From a virus (lineage: Duplodnaviria; Caudoviricetes): 54,968 nucleotides of DNA. The stretch covers positions 1 through 54,968 of IMG/VR virus record IMGVR_UViG_3300013005_000003. One strand, 5' to 3'. Under the pieces are notes generated by a model that was not told the origin of the DNA, made no database searches, and worked only from the letters and a program-made list of their open reading frames with translations. Each line of letters opens with the position of its first letter. Within the stretch, counting starts at the first letter, position 1. Shown here piece by piece: positions 25,259 through 33,941 of the stretch. The translations under genes and the position numbers were made by a program.

Positions 25259-27659
25259 GGTAGACCTGAAGGCGCTGGCGATTGCTGAGGACATCACGGC
25301 TAAGGCCGAGATCGTCACGCCGATGCCTGAGCCGGTGGTGATCCCGGACTCGCTGCGGAAGTCTCTCGGCCCAGAGCCTGATGCGATGTGGATCTACCGC
25401 ATGGCTGATGGCGCCGCGTTTGGGGCGGTGGCACGGTGGAATCCGCCGGGTGCGCGCAAAGAGATCAGGCCGATTGTCTGGGACGGGAAGAAGTTTCTCA
25501 CGTCCGGGTTCGGCAAGGAGCGCCCGCTGTATAACGGCGACCTGTTGGCGGCATCGCCGAGCGCACCGGTGCTGATCGTCGAGGGCGAGAAGGCCGCCGA
25601 TGGTGCAGCGCAATATGTGCCTGAGGGCTGGGTCATTACGACGTGGCAGGGCGGGGCGAAGGCTGTCGACCAGACGGACTGGAGCCTTCTGGCTGGGCAT
25701 AGCTGCGTGGTCTGGCCTGACAACGACACGCCGGGCATCGAGGCGGCGCTGGAGATTCAGAAGAAACTGGGTGAGCACCGTGTGCCGGTGTCGATTGTGA
25801 CGCTGAGTGCGGTGTTCCCGGATGGCTGGGATCTGGCCGACACGCTGCCGTTGAAGGCGAAGCCGCAGCAGATCACGGACATCCTGCGCCGGGAACTGAA
25901 GCGCGCGGCGGTGCCTGAGGTGGTCGTCGATGTGACACCGCTGGAGGGCGATGACCCTGACGAGGAGCCCGCGCGTGAGTGGCGACCGCTGGGGTTCGAT
26001 AAAAATAAATTTATGGTTATGTCGCAGGCCGGGCAGCAGGTGGACACATACGATCCGAGCTATTTGATGAGCCAGAAGGGGTGCATCAATATCTATCCAG
26101 ACCCGGGGCACTGGGGCGCGCCTCAGGGCAAACCGGATGGGAAGAACGTTGATTGGATTATGGCTGGCGCGCGAATTATGAAGATGTGTCACGACGTTGA
26201 CGTGTATGATTCGAGGCGACTGCGCGGGCGCGGTGTCTGGATTGATAAGGCAGAGGACGGCGTTGAACGGGCGATTATGAACACGGGCGGCAAGCTGATC
26301 GTCAGCCGGCCCGGTGCGGAAACGCGCAATATTTCGTTCGTTCGGATTAAGAGCCGCTGGATTTACAGTAAAAGTCAAAGCCTTATCTTGGATGTGCATG
26401 ATTACAGCCAGCAGGCGACCGACGATGATGGGCGCAAAATCCGTGAACTGTGCAACAAGGTGCAATGGGATGCCCCGATCTACGGAGACCTGCTGGCTGG
26501 CTGGATTGCAACGGCGGTGGTGTGTGGTGGACTGGATTGGCGCACCCACGCATGGGTCACGGGTAACCAAGGGTCAGGGAAGTCCACAATCGTGAATCTT
26601 GTGGCGGGTTCTTGCCTTGGCGGTCTAGGGCTCTATCCACTGGGGGCTACGACGGAAGCTGGCATCCGGCAGATGATCGATAACGACGCCATGCCTGTGA
26701 TTTTCGACGAAGCTGAAGACGGCGACGATAAGTATAAGATGCAGATGGCGGCGCGTCGTAAGGCGGTGCTTGATCTGATGCGGCAGGCGTCGACCGAAGG
26801 GCGTGGGCGCATCATGAAGGGGTCAGCGAACCACCAAGCGCGGGCCTTCACCATGCGGTCTGCGTTCCTGATGTCGTCGATTGGCGTGGGCCTGAAGGAA
26901 GCTGCCGACCTGACGCGCACGGCGGTGCTGACGATCAGGCCAATGGAATCGTTCACGGCTGAGGAGCGGCGCAAGAAGGAGGAGAATTTCAAGGAATTCC
27001 TCAATCTGGCCGCTGGGATACCAGACGACATGCCGCAAAGGCTGTTGGCGCGGCAACTGCACAACCTGTTCACGCTGCGCCATAACATTGGTGTCTTCAA
27101 AGAAACGATTGCGACGGTGCTGGCCAACCGCCGCATCGGTGACCAGCTAGGGACGCTGATGGCTGGGAACTTCAGCCTCTACAGCACGAAGCGGTTGGAC
27201 ATGAAGCAGTGCGAGAAATACCTGAACACGGTGAACCTCGACGAGTTTCTGCAAGTGAAGTCGGAGCGTGAGGATCGGGTGCTGCTTGATCATATCGTGC
27301 AGAGTGCGATCCGCGTTGAAACCGTGCATGGCGTGCAAGACCGGACGATTGGTGAGCTTCTGCTGATCTCCTTCACCCGGCAAGAGCACGCAGACGTGGG
27401 CCTGAAGATTGCGGACGAGTCGCTGTCGCGCGTCGGCTTGAAGGTTGAGATCGAGCATGGGCTGGCGGTCGGGGTGTGGATTGGTCAGAGCATCGTCGGC
27501 ATGAACAAGATAATGCAGACGTCGACCTATTACGAAGGATGGTCGGGCGTGTTGCTGCGCCATCCGAGTGCGCGGAAGAGTGAAAACTCGATCCGCTTCA
27601 AGGGGGCGATGTCGCGCGGGATCTTTCTGCCGAAACATGAGTGGCCAGTAGGGTTATGA
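25251..27659 (+). CDS. TOPRIM primase fused to P-loop helicase
   Basis: RPLY, IVEGEKAAD and WPDND (TOPRIM); GNQGSGKS Walker A; VIFDEAE Walker B. Confidence 0.9.
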   Translation: MRKVDLKALAIAEDITAKAEIVTPMPEPVVIPDSLRKSLGPEPDAMWIYRMADGAAFGAVARWNPPGARKEIRPIVWDGKKFLTSGFGKERPLYNGDLLAASPSAPVLIVEGEKAADGAAQYVPEGWVITTWQGGAKAVDQTDWSLLAGHSCVVWPDNDTPGIEAALEIQKKLGEHRVPVSIVTLSAVFPDGWDLADTLPLKAKPQQITDILRRELKRAAVPEVVVDVTPLEGDDPDEEPAREWRPLGFDKNKFMVMSQAGQQVDTYDPSYLMSQKGCINIYPDPGHWGAPQGKPDGKNVDWIMAGARIMKMCHDVDVYDSRRLRGRGVWIDKAEDGVERAIMNTGGKLIVSRPGAETRNISFVRIKSRWIYSKSQSLILDVHDYSQQATDDDGRKIRELCNKVQWDAPIYGDLLAGWIATAVVCGGLDWRTHAWVTGNQGSGKSTIVNLVAGSCLGGLGLYPLGATTEAGIRQMIDNDAMPVIFDEAEDGDDKYKMQMAARRKAVLDLMRQASTEGRGRIMKGSANHQARAFTMRSAFLMSSIGVGLKEAADLTRTAVLTIRPMESFTAEERRKKEENFKEFLNLAAGIPDDMPQRLLARQLHNLFTLRHNIGVFKETIATVLANRRIGDQLGTLMAGNFSLYSTKRLDMKQCEKYLNTVNLDEFLQVKSEREDRVLLDHIVQSAIRVETVHGVQDRTIGELLLISFTRQEHADVGLKIADESLSRVGLKVEIEHGLAVGVWIGQSIVGMNKIMQTSTYYEGWSGVLLRHPSARKSENSIRFKGAMSRGIFLPKHEWPVGL

Positions 27660-27829
27660 AACTGACGAAGAGATCGAAGGGCTTCGAGCTTGCGCTCCAG
27701 ACGGTGCGCGCATGGCCTGATTCCACACTGATGGAACGTGAGCCGCACGAGTTGACATACACGTTTGGTATTAGCTCTGATGAAGCAAACGTGATATTTA
27801 GGGACGAGCGGTATCGCCGTGACTTATAA
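27656..27829 (+). CDS. hypothetical protein
   Basis: ATGA overlap with the primase gene. Confidence 0.55.
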   Translation: MKLTKRSKGFELALQTVRAWPDSTLMEREPHELTYTFGISSDEANVIFRDERYRRDL

Positions 27830-27851
27830 GTTTAAAAAACCGGAGGACAGA

Positions 27852-28079
27852 ATGACATTCCAAGTTGAAGATGGTTACGCAATCCCGGCAGCGCGCCAGC
27901 CTAGCAGCCGGCGTCCGAAGTATCCGTGGACGAAGCTGGAAGTGGGGCAGAGCTTCTTCGTCGAGGGCGCACCGCTCCGCTCGATGACCAGCACTGCGTC
28001 ACATGCGGGTCGGCGCTACGGTAAGAAGTTCGTCGTCCGCTTGGCCGATGGCGGTGTGCGCGTGTGGCGTTACGAGTAA
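27852..28079 (+). CDS. small DNA-binding-like protein
   Basis: KYPWTKLEVGQSFFV..GVRVWR; GGAGG SD. Confidence 0.75.
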   Translation: MTFQVEDGYAIPAARQPSSRRPKYPWTKLEVGQSFFVEGAPLRSMTSTASHAGRRYGKKFVVRLADGGVRVWRYE

Positions 28080-28101
28080 GCTGAGAAACAGGAGATCTGA
28101 C

Positions 28102-28278
28102 ATGAAGAAACTGATTATCGCCGCTGTGATTGCAGTGACCGCCGCCACCCCGGCGCTGGCTCTGGCGAGCTACCTCGTCGCTGAGTGGTATGCCAACGGC
28201 AATCACTTCTGCCGCTACGACAACGGCACTGTGCTGAACGTCGGCTATCGCATCTGCCCGCTGAAGATTGAGGGGTAA
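28102..28278 (+). CDS. small exported protein
   Basis: MKKLIIAAVIAVTAATPALA signal peptide, two Cys; AGGAG SD. Confidence 0.75.
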   Translation: MKKLIIAAVIAVTAATPALALASYLVAEWYANGNHFCRYDNGTVLNVGYRICPLKIEG

Positions 28279-28284
28279 TTCGAA

Positions 28285-28506
28285 ATGGTTGCGAATCTAG
28301 AATACGACCTGCAAAACGATGGTCATTACCTGACGGGCCTTCTCAAAGAGGAGATGGAGCACTGCGGGTTTACCAAAGAGCAAATCGCCGCTCTGTCCTT
28401 GAGATTCAACAAGCGCGGCTTGATGGTTGTGGATGTGAACGACCAACTATGCGGCCCGCCATTCGAGTGGGGCACTCACATGTGGATCAGGGGGGATCAG
28501 GGGTAA
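28285..28506 (+). CDS. hypothetical protein
   Basis: GAGGGG SD. Confidence 0.55.
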   Translation: MVANLEYDLQNDGHYLTGLLKEEMEHCGFTKEQIAALSLRFNKRGLMVVDVNDQLCGPPFEWGTHMWIRGDQG

Positions 28507-28508
28507 CT

Positions 28509-28637
28509 ATGTCGGGCCGATACCTGCTGGCAGTCATGGTCGCGACGTTTGCGACTGCGATCTTCCTGATCGTCCGTAACAAGGCGACCGAGCAGGAGAC
28601 GCTGGACATGCTATACGACGACGACATCTGGCCATGA
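28509..28637 (+). CDS. small membrane protein
   Basis: one TM segment and an acidic tail. Confidence 0.55.
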   Translation: MSGRYLLAVMVATFATAIFLIVRNKATEQETLDMLYDDDIWP

Positions 28638-29173
28638 GTAGCCGGGACATCCCCCTGCACCAGTATGTCTGGGTGTCGAGCGCCCTGATCCGGCGCGACG
28701 GGGAAGGCTGGGAGCCTGCGGTGTGGTTCGCCATACGCAGTGAACCGGGTCGGGCTTGGGGTTGCCACGTCATGCTGGAGTGCGGCGCCGTTTACCGCGG
28801 TGTCCCACCTCATGCGATTGCGTTCAGTCCCAAGCCCGGTCAGCCACACTGGACGCTGAGGCAGGCGGAGGTGTGGGATTGCTACGGCCATGAGTTCGAC
28901 GTCGTGCGCTATGCGTATCTGTCGGATCTCACGGCGCGCTATGACTGCACAGATCACCGGGCGCGTTATCTGTTCACGGCTTGCCCGCGGGACGATGGGT
29001 TCAGCGCGGCGCCGGAGCAGAGCAAAGAGTTTATGTTTATGCGGACGGAGGGGGACAGGCTCCTGATTCGACCGACGAATATGCTGCTGTTCGAGGAGCG
29101 CAGTTTCACTGAGGACTTCGGCTGGCCGAGCAATCTGGCTACGTCCAGCGAGATATGGAGGTGCGAACAATGA
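28634..29173 (+). CDS. conserved phage hypothetical protein
   Basis: GRAWGCHVMLECGAVYRGVPPHA, WDCYG and RPTN. Confidence 0.75.
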   Translation: MSSRDIPLHQYVWVSSALIRRDGEGWEPAVWFAIRSEPGRAWGCHVMLECGAVYRGVPPHAIAFSPKPGQPHWTLRQAEVWDCYGHEFDVVRYAYLSDLTARYDCTDHRARYLFTACPRDDGFSAAPEQSKEFMFMRTEGDRLLIRPTNMLLFEERSFTEDFGWPSNLATSSEIWRCEQ

Positions 29174-29334
29174 CTATTCTGATTGCACTTGCTCTGCTGG
29201 CAGCTATCTTTGCCTTGATGCACGTCGAGGGAAAGCTGCGCCGTGAGCTTCACGAGCTAAAGATGGAATGCGAGACGATGTTCCATCGCGACCGAAAGAC
29301 CGGGCGTATCGCCAAGGGCCGGCGCAAAGATTGA
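29170..29334 (+). CDS. small membrane-anchored protein (54 aa, not in ORF track)
   Basis: MTILIALALLAAIFALM..RDRKTGRIAKG; ATGA overlap. Confidence 0.6.
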   Translation: MTILIALALLAAIFALMHVEGKLRRELHELKMECETMFHRDRKTGRIAKGRRKD

Positions 29335-29437
29335 TTAGAGCTTGGACGGGCCGGGAAGACTTTCCAATATTGGGGAGTCGGCACGTCGCCCCCCGCTGGC
29401 AGACCGGGCCAAGATGTCTGCCAAACAAGGACATACA

Positions 29438-30925
29438 ATGCAGCTTCGAGATTACCAAGAATCCGCCGTGCAGGCGGTGCGCGATAGCTTTCGCTCTGGT
29501 CACAAGAACACCCTGCTGGTCAGCCCGACCGGTTCAGGGAAGACGGTGATCTTTTCATACATCGCCGCCGGCATGGCCCGGAACAACAAGCGCATCCTGA
29601 TCGTGGCCCACCGCCGCGAACTGCTGAAGCAGATCAGTGCCGCCTTGAAGAAGGTTGGCGTGGCGCATGCGGTGATGACCGGCGGGTATCGCGGCGTGCC
29701 TACGGCGAACGTCGTCGTGGCCTCCGTGTTCACGCTCGTGAAGCGAATCAAAGGCATGCAGCCATTCGATCTCATCATCGGCGACGAGGCCCATCACTTC
29801 ACGCCTGACTCCAGCTGGGGCAAGGTTGTCGCCGGTTTCCCGGGCGCCCGCGTATTGGGCGTCACAGCCACCCCTGAGCGCCTCGACGGCAAGGGACTGG
29901 GTCAGATGTTCGGCGACATGGTGATGGGCCCTACGGTGGCTGAATTGACCGCTCAGGGGTTCCTATCCCACGCCATCGTCTATGCGCCGAGCGCACCGGA
30001 TCTGAACGGGGTGGGCACGCGCATGGGCGACTACGTGCAGAAGCAGCTTGAGGAGGCGATGGTGAAGACCGTCATCACCGGGAGCGCGGTCAAGCACTAC
30101 GGGAAATATGCGCCGGGCAAGAAGGCTATCGCGTTCTGCGTGAGCGTGAGACACGCCAAGGATGTGGCTGCAGAATTCCGGGAGGCTGGCTACACGGCCA
30201 GTCACATCGACGGCGGCATGAACGAAGAGGAACGCGATGGCGTCCTGAAGGCGTTCGAGGAAGGCCGGGTGCAGGTGCTGACCAGCTGCGATCTGGTGAG
30301 CGAGGGCTTCGACCTGCCGGCGGTGGAGGTGGCGATCCTGCTGCGCCCGACGAAGTCTCTGGGCCTATACCTGCAGCAATGCGGGCGCGCGATTCGTCCT
30401 CACCCTGACAAGGAGAAGACCATCATCCTCGACCACGCTGGCAACACGGCGCGGCATGGGTTCATCGACGACGACCGCGAGTGGTCGCTGGCTGATGGGT
30501 TCGTTCAGGAACGTGGCAAGGGCGAAAAGGCGGAGACGGTTCGGACCTGCACCGCCTGCTTTGCCATGCACAAGCCGAGCCCCACCTGCCCGGTGTGTGG
30601 CCATGTCTATCCCGTGAAGCCGCGGATGGTGAAGCACGTCGATGGCGATCTGGTGATGATGGCCCGTGAGGGTGAGGAGAATGTCGCGACCCCAGAGGGC
30701 ATGCTCCAGAACAAGTTCAAGGTGCTGACCAGCGTCGCGCGCAAGCGTGGGTATAAGAACCCGACGCACTGGGCGTTCAATGTCATCTGCGGGCAGGAGG
30801 CTGCGCGCATTGCGAAGAAGGTGGGGGCGCGCAACGCTCAGACCACGAACGGGCTAACCGAAGAAGAGAGGACAGCAATATGGAAGATGACGATGGGAAC
30901 GAGCCAGAGCTCGATGCGGTCTTGA
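29438..30925 (+). CDS. SF2 DEAH-box helicase with C-terminal zinc finger
   Basis: QLRDYQ, PTGSGKT, DEAHH, TATP, EGFD, QQCGRAIR and CxxC..CxxC. Confidence 0.95.
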   Translation: MQLRDYQESAVQAVRDSFRSGHKNTLLVSPTGSGKTVIFSYIAAGMARNNKRILIVAHRRELLKQISAALKKVGVAHAVMTGGYRGVPTANVVVASVFTLVKRIKGMQPFDLIIGDEAHHFTPDSSWGKVVAGFPGARVLGVTATPERLDGKGLGQMFGDMVMGPTVAELTAQGFLSHAIVYAPSAPDLNGVGTRMGDYVQKQLEEAMVKTVITGSAVKHYGKYAPGKKAIAFCVSVRHAKDVAAEFREAGYTASHIDGGMNEEERDGVLKAFEEGRVQVLTSCDLVSEGFDLPAVEVAILLRPTKSLGLYLQQCGRAIRPHPDKEKTIILDHAGNTARHGFIDDDREWSLADGFVQERGKGEKAETVRTCTACFAMHKPSPTCPVCGHVYPVKPRMVKHVDGDLVMMAREGEENVATPEGMLQNKFKVLTSVARKRGYKNPTHWAFNVICGQEAARIAKKVGARNAQTTNGLTEEERTAIWKMTMGTSQSSMRS

Positions 30926-31104
30926 TACCGCTCTCGCTGATACAGGCGCTGTCAGTTGGCCTGCTGCGGGCACTGGATGAGTGGCAGGAAGAGCGCGGCA
31001 TCGAGGAGATCGAGGCCAGCAGGTGCTTCGTGGCGATGGCCGCAGCGGTCAACGCCGCAATGGATTGCCTGAGCGGTGAGACGGAAGGGGTGACGCTGCA
31101 ATGA
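30880..31104 (+). CDS. hypothetical acidic protein
   Basis: GAGG SD; ATGA overlap with the next gene. Confidence 0.55.
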   Translation: MEDDDGNEPELDAVLIPLSLIQALSVGLLRALDEWQEERGIEEIEASRCFVAMAAAVNAAMDCLSGETEGVTLQ

Positions 31105-31421
31105 AAGAAGCAATCCTCCAAGCCGAGATCCGTCTCGCTTTAGGGCGGCGCACGGACATCATGATGTTCCGCATCAACGTGGGTAAGTTCCGCCCTCTGG
31201 ACGGCGGGGCTCGCGTGATTCAGTCGGCGCCGGAGGGAACCCCGGACTTGCTGGGTGTCATTACCCCGGGTCGCGCGTTTGCCATCGAGGTGAAAGCACA
31301 GCGCGGTAAGCAGCGTCAGGTGCAGGCTGCGTGGCAGCTTGCATGGGAAAGGCGCGGCGGAATCTATATCTTAGCCCGCTCTCTCGATGACGTTTACAAG
31401 GGGCTTGACATAAAACCGTAG
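31101..31421 (+). CDS. VRR-NUC domain nuclease
   Basis: E..LQ, GTPDL, AIEVK, Q..WQ and ARSLDD. Confidence 0.9.
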   Translation: MKEAILQAEIRLALGRRTDIMMFRINVGKFRPLDGGARVIQSAPEGTPDLLGVITPGRAFAIEVKAQRGKQRQVQAAWQLAWERRGGIYILARSLDDVYKGLDIKP

Positions 31422-31434
31422 ACAGCGGTATGCC
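31405..31434 (+). promoter_or_regulatory. possible sigma70 promoter for recombination genes
   Basis: TTGACA with a weak -10 (TATGCC at 18 nt). Confidence 0.4.
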
Positions 31435-31467
31435 TGTAAGCCCACAACAACAATACCGGAGGCATAC

Positions 31468-32406
31468 ATGGGAGCACTATCCGTCCGTGACCAGACGCAC
31501 TGGCACGAGCTACGATCTCAACACATCGGCGCAAGCGAAGTCGCGGCGCTGTTCGACATGTCCCCGTTCACGACGCTATGGCAGCTGTGGATGGAGAAGT
31601 CTGGCAAGCTGCCGCCCGAAGATCTCTCGGGCAACAAATCCGTTCAGGCCGGCACCTTCCTCGAAAGCGGCATCGCTAACTGGGCGGCGCATCGTTGGGA
31701 CATGAAGATCGAGAAGGTCGTCGATTACTATACCGCAGACGACTGTCCCGGCATGGGCGCATCGCTGGACTTCCAGACGGACGGCGGTCACCCGGTCGAG
31801 ATCAAGTGGTCGGCCCACGGTGACGGCTGGGAATACGAAGGTGACACGATCACCTGCGCTCCCGACAACTACGTCCTTCAGGTTCTGCACCAGATGGCTT
31901 GCACTGGCGCTGAGTATGGCTGGCTGATTGCGCTGATACGGAACGAGCCACGCCGCATGAAGGTTCCTCGCAGCGTGGAAATAATTTCGAAAATTAAATC
32001 TCATGTCGCGAAGTTCTGGGACAGCGTCCGGGCAGGCGAAGAACCACCGGTGGACTTCAATAAGGACGGAGACGCCGTCGTGCGCCTGCTGGACTTCGTG
32101 CCCATGTCTGAGGTGACGCTCACCACGGAGCATGCCCACTTGTTCCAGACGTATCAGGAGAACGCTGCGATTGAGAAGGAGGCCAAGGCCAAGAAGGACG
32201 CAGCGAAGACCGAGCTTCTGACCCTCAGCATCGAGGAGATGAAGAAGATGAACACGTCGCAGGACAAGGCCGTCGTGAAGTGCGGCGACCACAAGCTGTC
32301 GATCAGCACCATTAAGGCGTCGGTCGGCACTGAGATCACGGAGCAGATGATCGGCACGTTCTACGGCGCTCGCTCCGGCTACAAGAAAGTGACGGTGTCA
32401 AAGTGA
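31468..32406 (+). CDS. YqaJ-like (lambda Exo family) exonuclease
   Basis: WHELR..IGASEVAA, GTFLE, ASLD, EIK and YVLQV. Confidence 0.92.
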   Translation: MGALSVRDQTHWHELRSQHIGASEVAALFDMSPFTTLWQLWMEKSGKLPPEDLSGNKSVQAGTFLESGIANWAAHRWDMKIEKVVDYYTADDCPGMGASLDFQTDGGHPVEIKWSAHGDGWEYEGDTITCAPDNYVLQVLHQMACTGAEYGWLIALIRNEPRRMKVPRSVEIISKIKSHVAKFWDSVRAGEEPPVDFNKDGDAVVRLLDFVPMSEVTLTTEHAHLFQTYQENAAIEKEAKAKKDAAKTELLTLSIEEMKKMNTSQDKAVVKCGDHKLSISTIKASVGTEITEQMIGTFYGARSGYKKVTVSK

Positions 32407-32570
32407 AGAAAGAAGACGTGATGATGCGGGTAAACCGCGAACTGCTGGGCAAGCTACGCTCAGTGGCTGGACGCCACCCGCTCAAGCCCACCCTGCGCGC
32501 CACCGTTGAGCGCGCGATTGAACTCATGATCGAAGACATGGAAGAGGAGCAGAACAATGCAAACAAGTAA
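32403..32570 (+). CDS. small ribbon-helix-helix-like protein (not in ORF track)
   Basis: VKKEDVMMRVNRELLGKLRSVA..TLRATVERAIELMIED; GTGA overlap. Confidence 0.6.
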   Translation: MKKEDVMMRVNRELLGKLRSVAGRHPLKPTLRATVERAIELMIEDMEEEQNNANK

Positions 32571-33597
32571 CCTCCCGGCCAAACCGATGGACCGGTTCAA
32601 GCAGGAGCTCGCCATGCGCGAGAGCCACCTGCGCAGCCTGCTTCCGCAGGCCATGACCGTCGATAAGTTCCAAGGCATCGTCGTCGCCGCTGTGGCCGAC
32701 AACATGGATCTGCTGGAGTGCGACCGAGGCTCGCTGCTGAAGGCATGCCTGAGCGCCGCAGAACTGGGCCTGAGCCTCAACAAGAACATGGGTGAGGCAG
32801 ATATCCTGAAGGTGTGGGATGGGCGCCTGAAGAAGAACGTGGCGCAATTCCGGCCCCGCTATAAGGGCCTGATGAAGCTGGCCATGCAGTCGGGTGAGGT
32901 GCTGAAGATCGAGAGCCGGCTGGTCCACGAGAACGATCTGTTCGAGGTTGTGGAAGGTCTGGACTCCAGCATCGTCCACAAGCACGGCCTGTCCAATCGC
33001 GGCGCGATGGTCGGTGCCTACTGCGTGTGGAAGCTGAAGAACGGCGAGACCCAGTTCGAGGTGATGAGCAAAGAACAGATCCTTGCTATCCGTGATCGCT
33101 CATCGGCCAAGACCAAGGACGGCAACATCGTCGGCCCGTGGAAGACGGACGAAGCCGAGATGTGGCGTAAGACCGTGGTCCGCCGGGCCAGCAAGTACAT
33201 GCCGCTCTCGACCGAAGCGCAGCGCGCCGTGGCCGTGGACAATCAGGCGGAAGGCGTGGTCGAAGCTGACGAGTACGCCGGCAGCGAGGTCGACATCACG
33301 GACTTCGAGGAAGCCCCAGCTGCAGAAGTGCAGGTGCAGAGCCTCGAAGAGAAGCTGGCTGCCAAGACAACGGCAGCACCGCGTCAGAAGAAGGAACTCC
33401 ACATCGACATTCTGGAGCCGCAGGAAGAAGGCGACATGGTCGATTGGGATGAATGGTGCGAGGCCGCATGCGAAATCGTCGCGAAGCTGACACCGGAAGA
33501 GCGTGGCGAGTGGCGAGATCTGCACAACGGCTATCTCGACGAAGCCGAACTGATGGCACCGCGCGGCGCCTTGAAGCTGCGCAAACTGTTTAACTGA
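32557..33597 (+). CDS. recT: RecT-family single-strand annealing protein
   Basis: SAAELGLSL, YKGLMKLA, GAYCV, GPWKTDEAEMWRKTVVRRASKYMPLS. Confidence 0.92.
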   Translation: MQTSNLPAKPMDRFKQELAMRESHLRSLLPQAMTVDKFQGIVVAAVADNMDLLECDRGSLLKACLSAAELGLSLNKNMGEADILKVWDGRLKKNVAQFRPRYKGLMKLAMQSGEVLKIESRLVHENDLFEVVEGLDSSIVHKHGLSNRGAMVGAYCVWKLKNGETQFEVMSKEQILAIRDRSSAKTKDGNIVGPWKTDEAEMWRKTVVRRASKYMPLSTEAQRAVAVDNQAEGVVEADEYAGSEVDITDFEEAPAAEVQVQSLEEKLAAKTTAAPRQKKELHIDILEPQEEGDMVDWDEWCEAACEIVAKLTPEERGEWRDLHNGYLDEAELMAPRGALKLRKLFN

Positions 33598-33608
33598 GGA
33601 GAGAGTGA

Positions 33609-33908
33609 ATGGGTAAGAAATACGATCTGGTCGTCAAGGTTGGCGAATACACTGACGGCCAAGGCCAGACCAAGGGCCGCTTCAAGAATGTCGGCGTCGT
33701 GATGGATGGGCAGAACGGCCCCTACATCCTGCTCGACCGCACGTTCAATCCTGCTGGTGTCGGCGGCAACGATGGCCGCGAGAGCATCATCGTCTCGATG
33801 TATGAGCCCAAGCAGGACGGCGCTCAGCCCGCCCAGCAGCGGTCAGCGGCACCCGCTCAGCGGCAGCCTGCGCCGCAGCGTCCGCTGGACGACGAAGTCC
33901 CGTTCTGA
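33609..33908 (+). CDS. SSB-like protein
   Basis: follows RecT; Pro/Gln linker and acidic DDEVPF tail. Confidence 0.7.
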   Translation: MGKKYDLVVKVGEYTDGQGQTKGRFKNVGVVMDGQNGPYILLDRTFNPAGVGGNDGRESIIVSMYEPKQDGAQPAQQRSAAPAQRQPAPQRPLDDEVPF

Positions 33909-33915
33909 GGGATGA

Positions 33916-33941
33916 GAGAGGCGACCTTAGCGGGTCGCCTC
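33916..33941. terminator. hairpin at the convergence of the two arms
   Basis: AGAGGCGACC-TTAGCG-GGTCGCCTCT, overlapping the stop of the giant minus-strand gene. Confidence 0.6.

Noticed and set aside
18036-33908. Lysogeny module or DNA polymerase
   Set aside because: No integrase, ParA, CI-like peptidase or polymerase motifs recognised; lifestyle cannot be determined from this alone.
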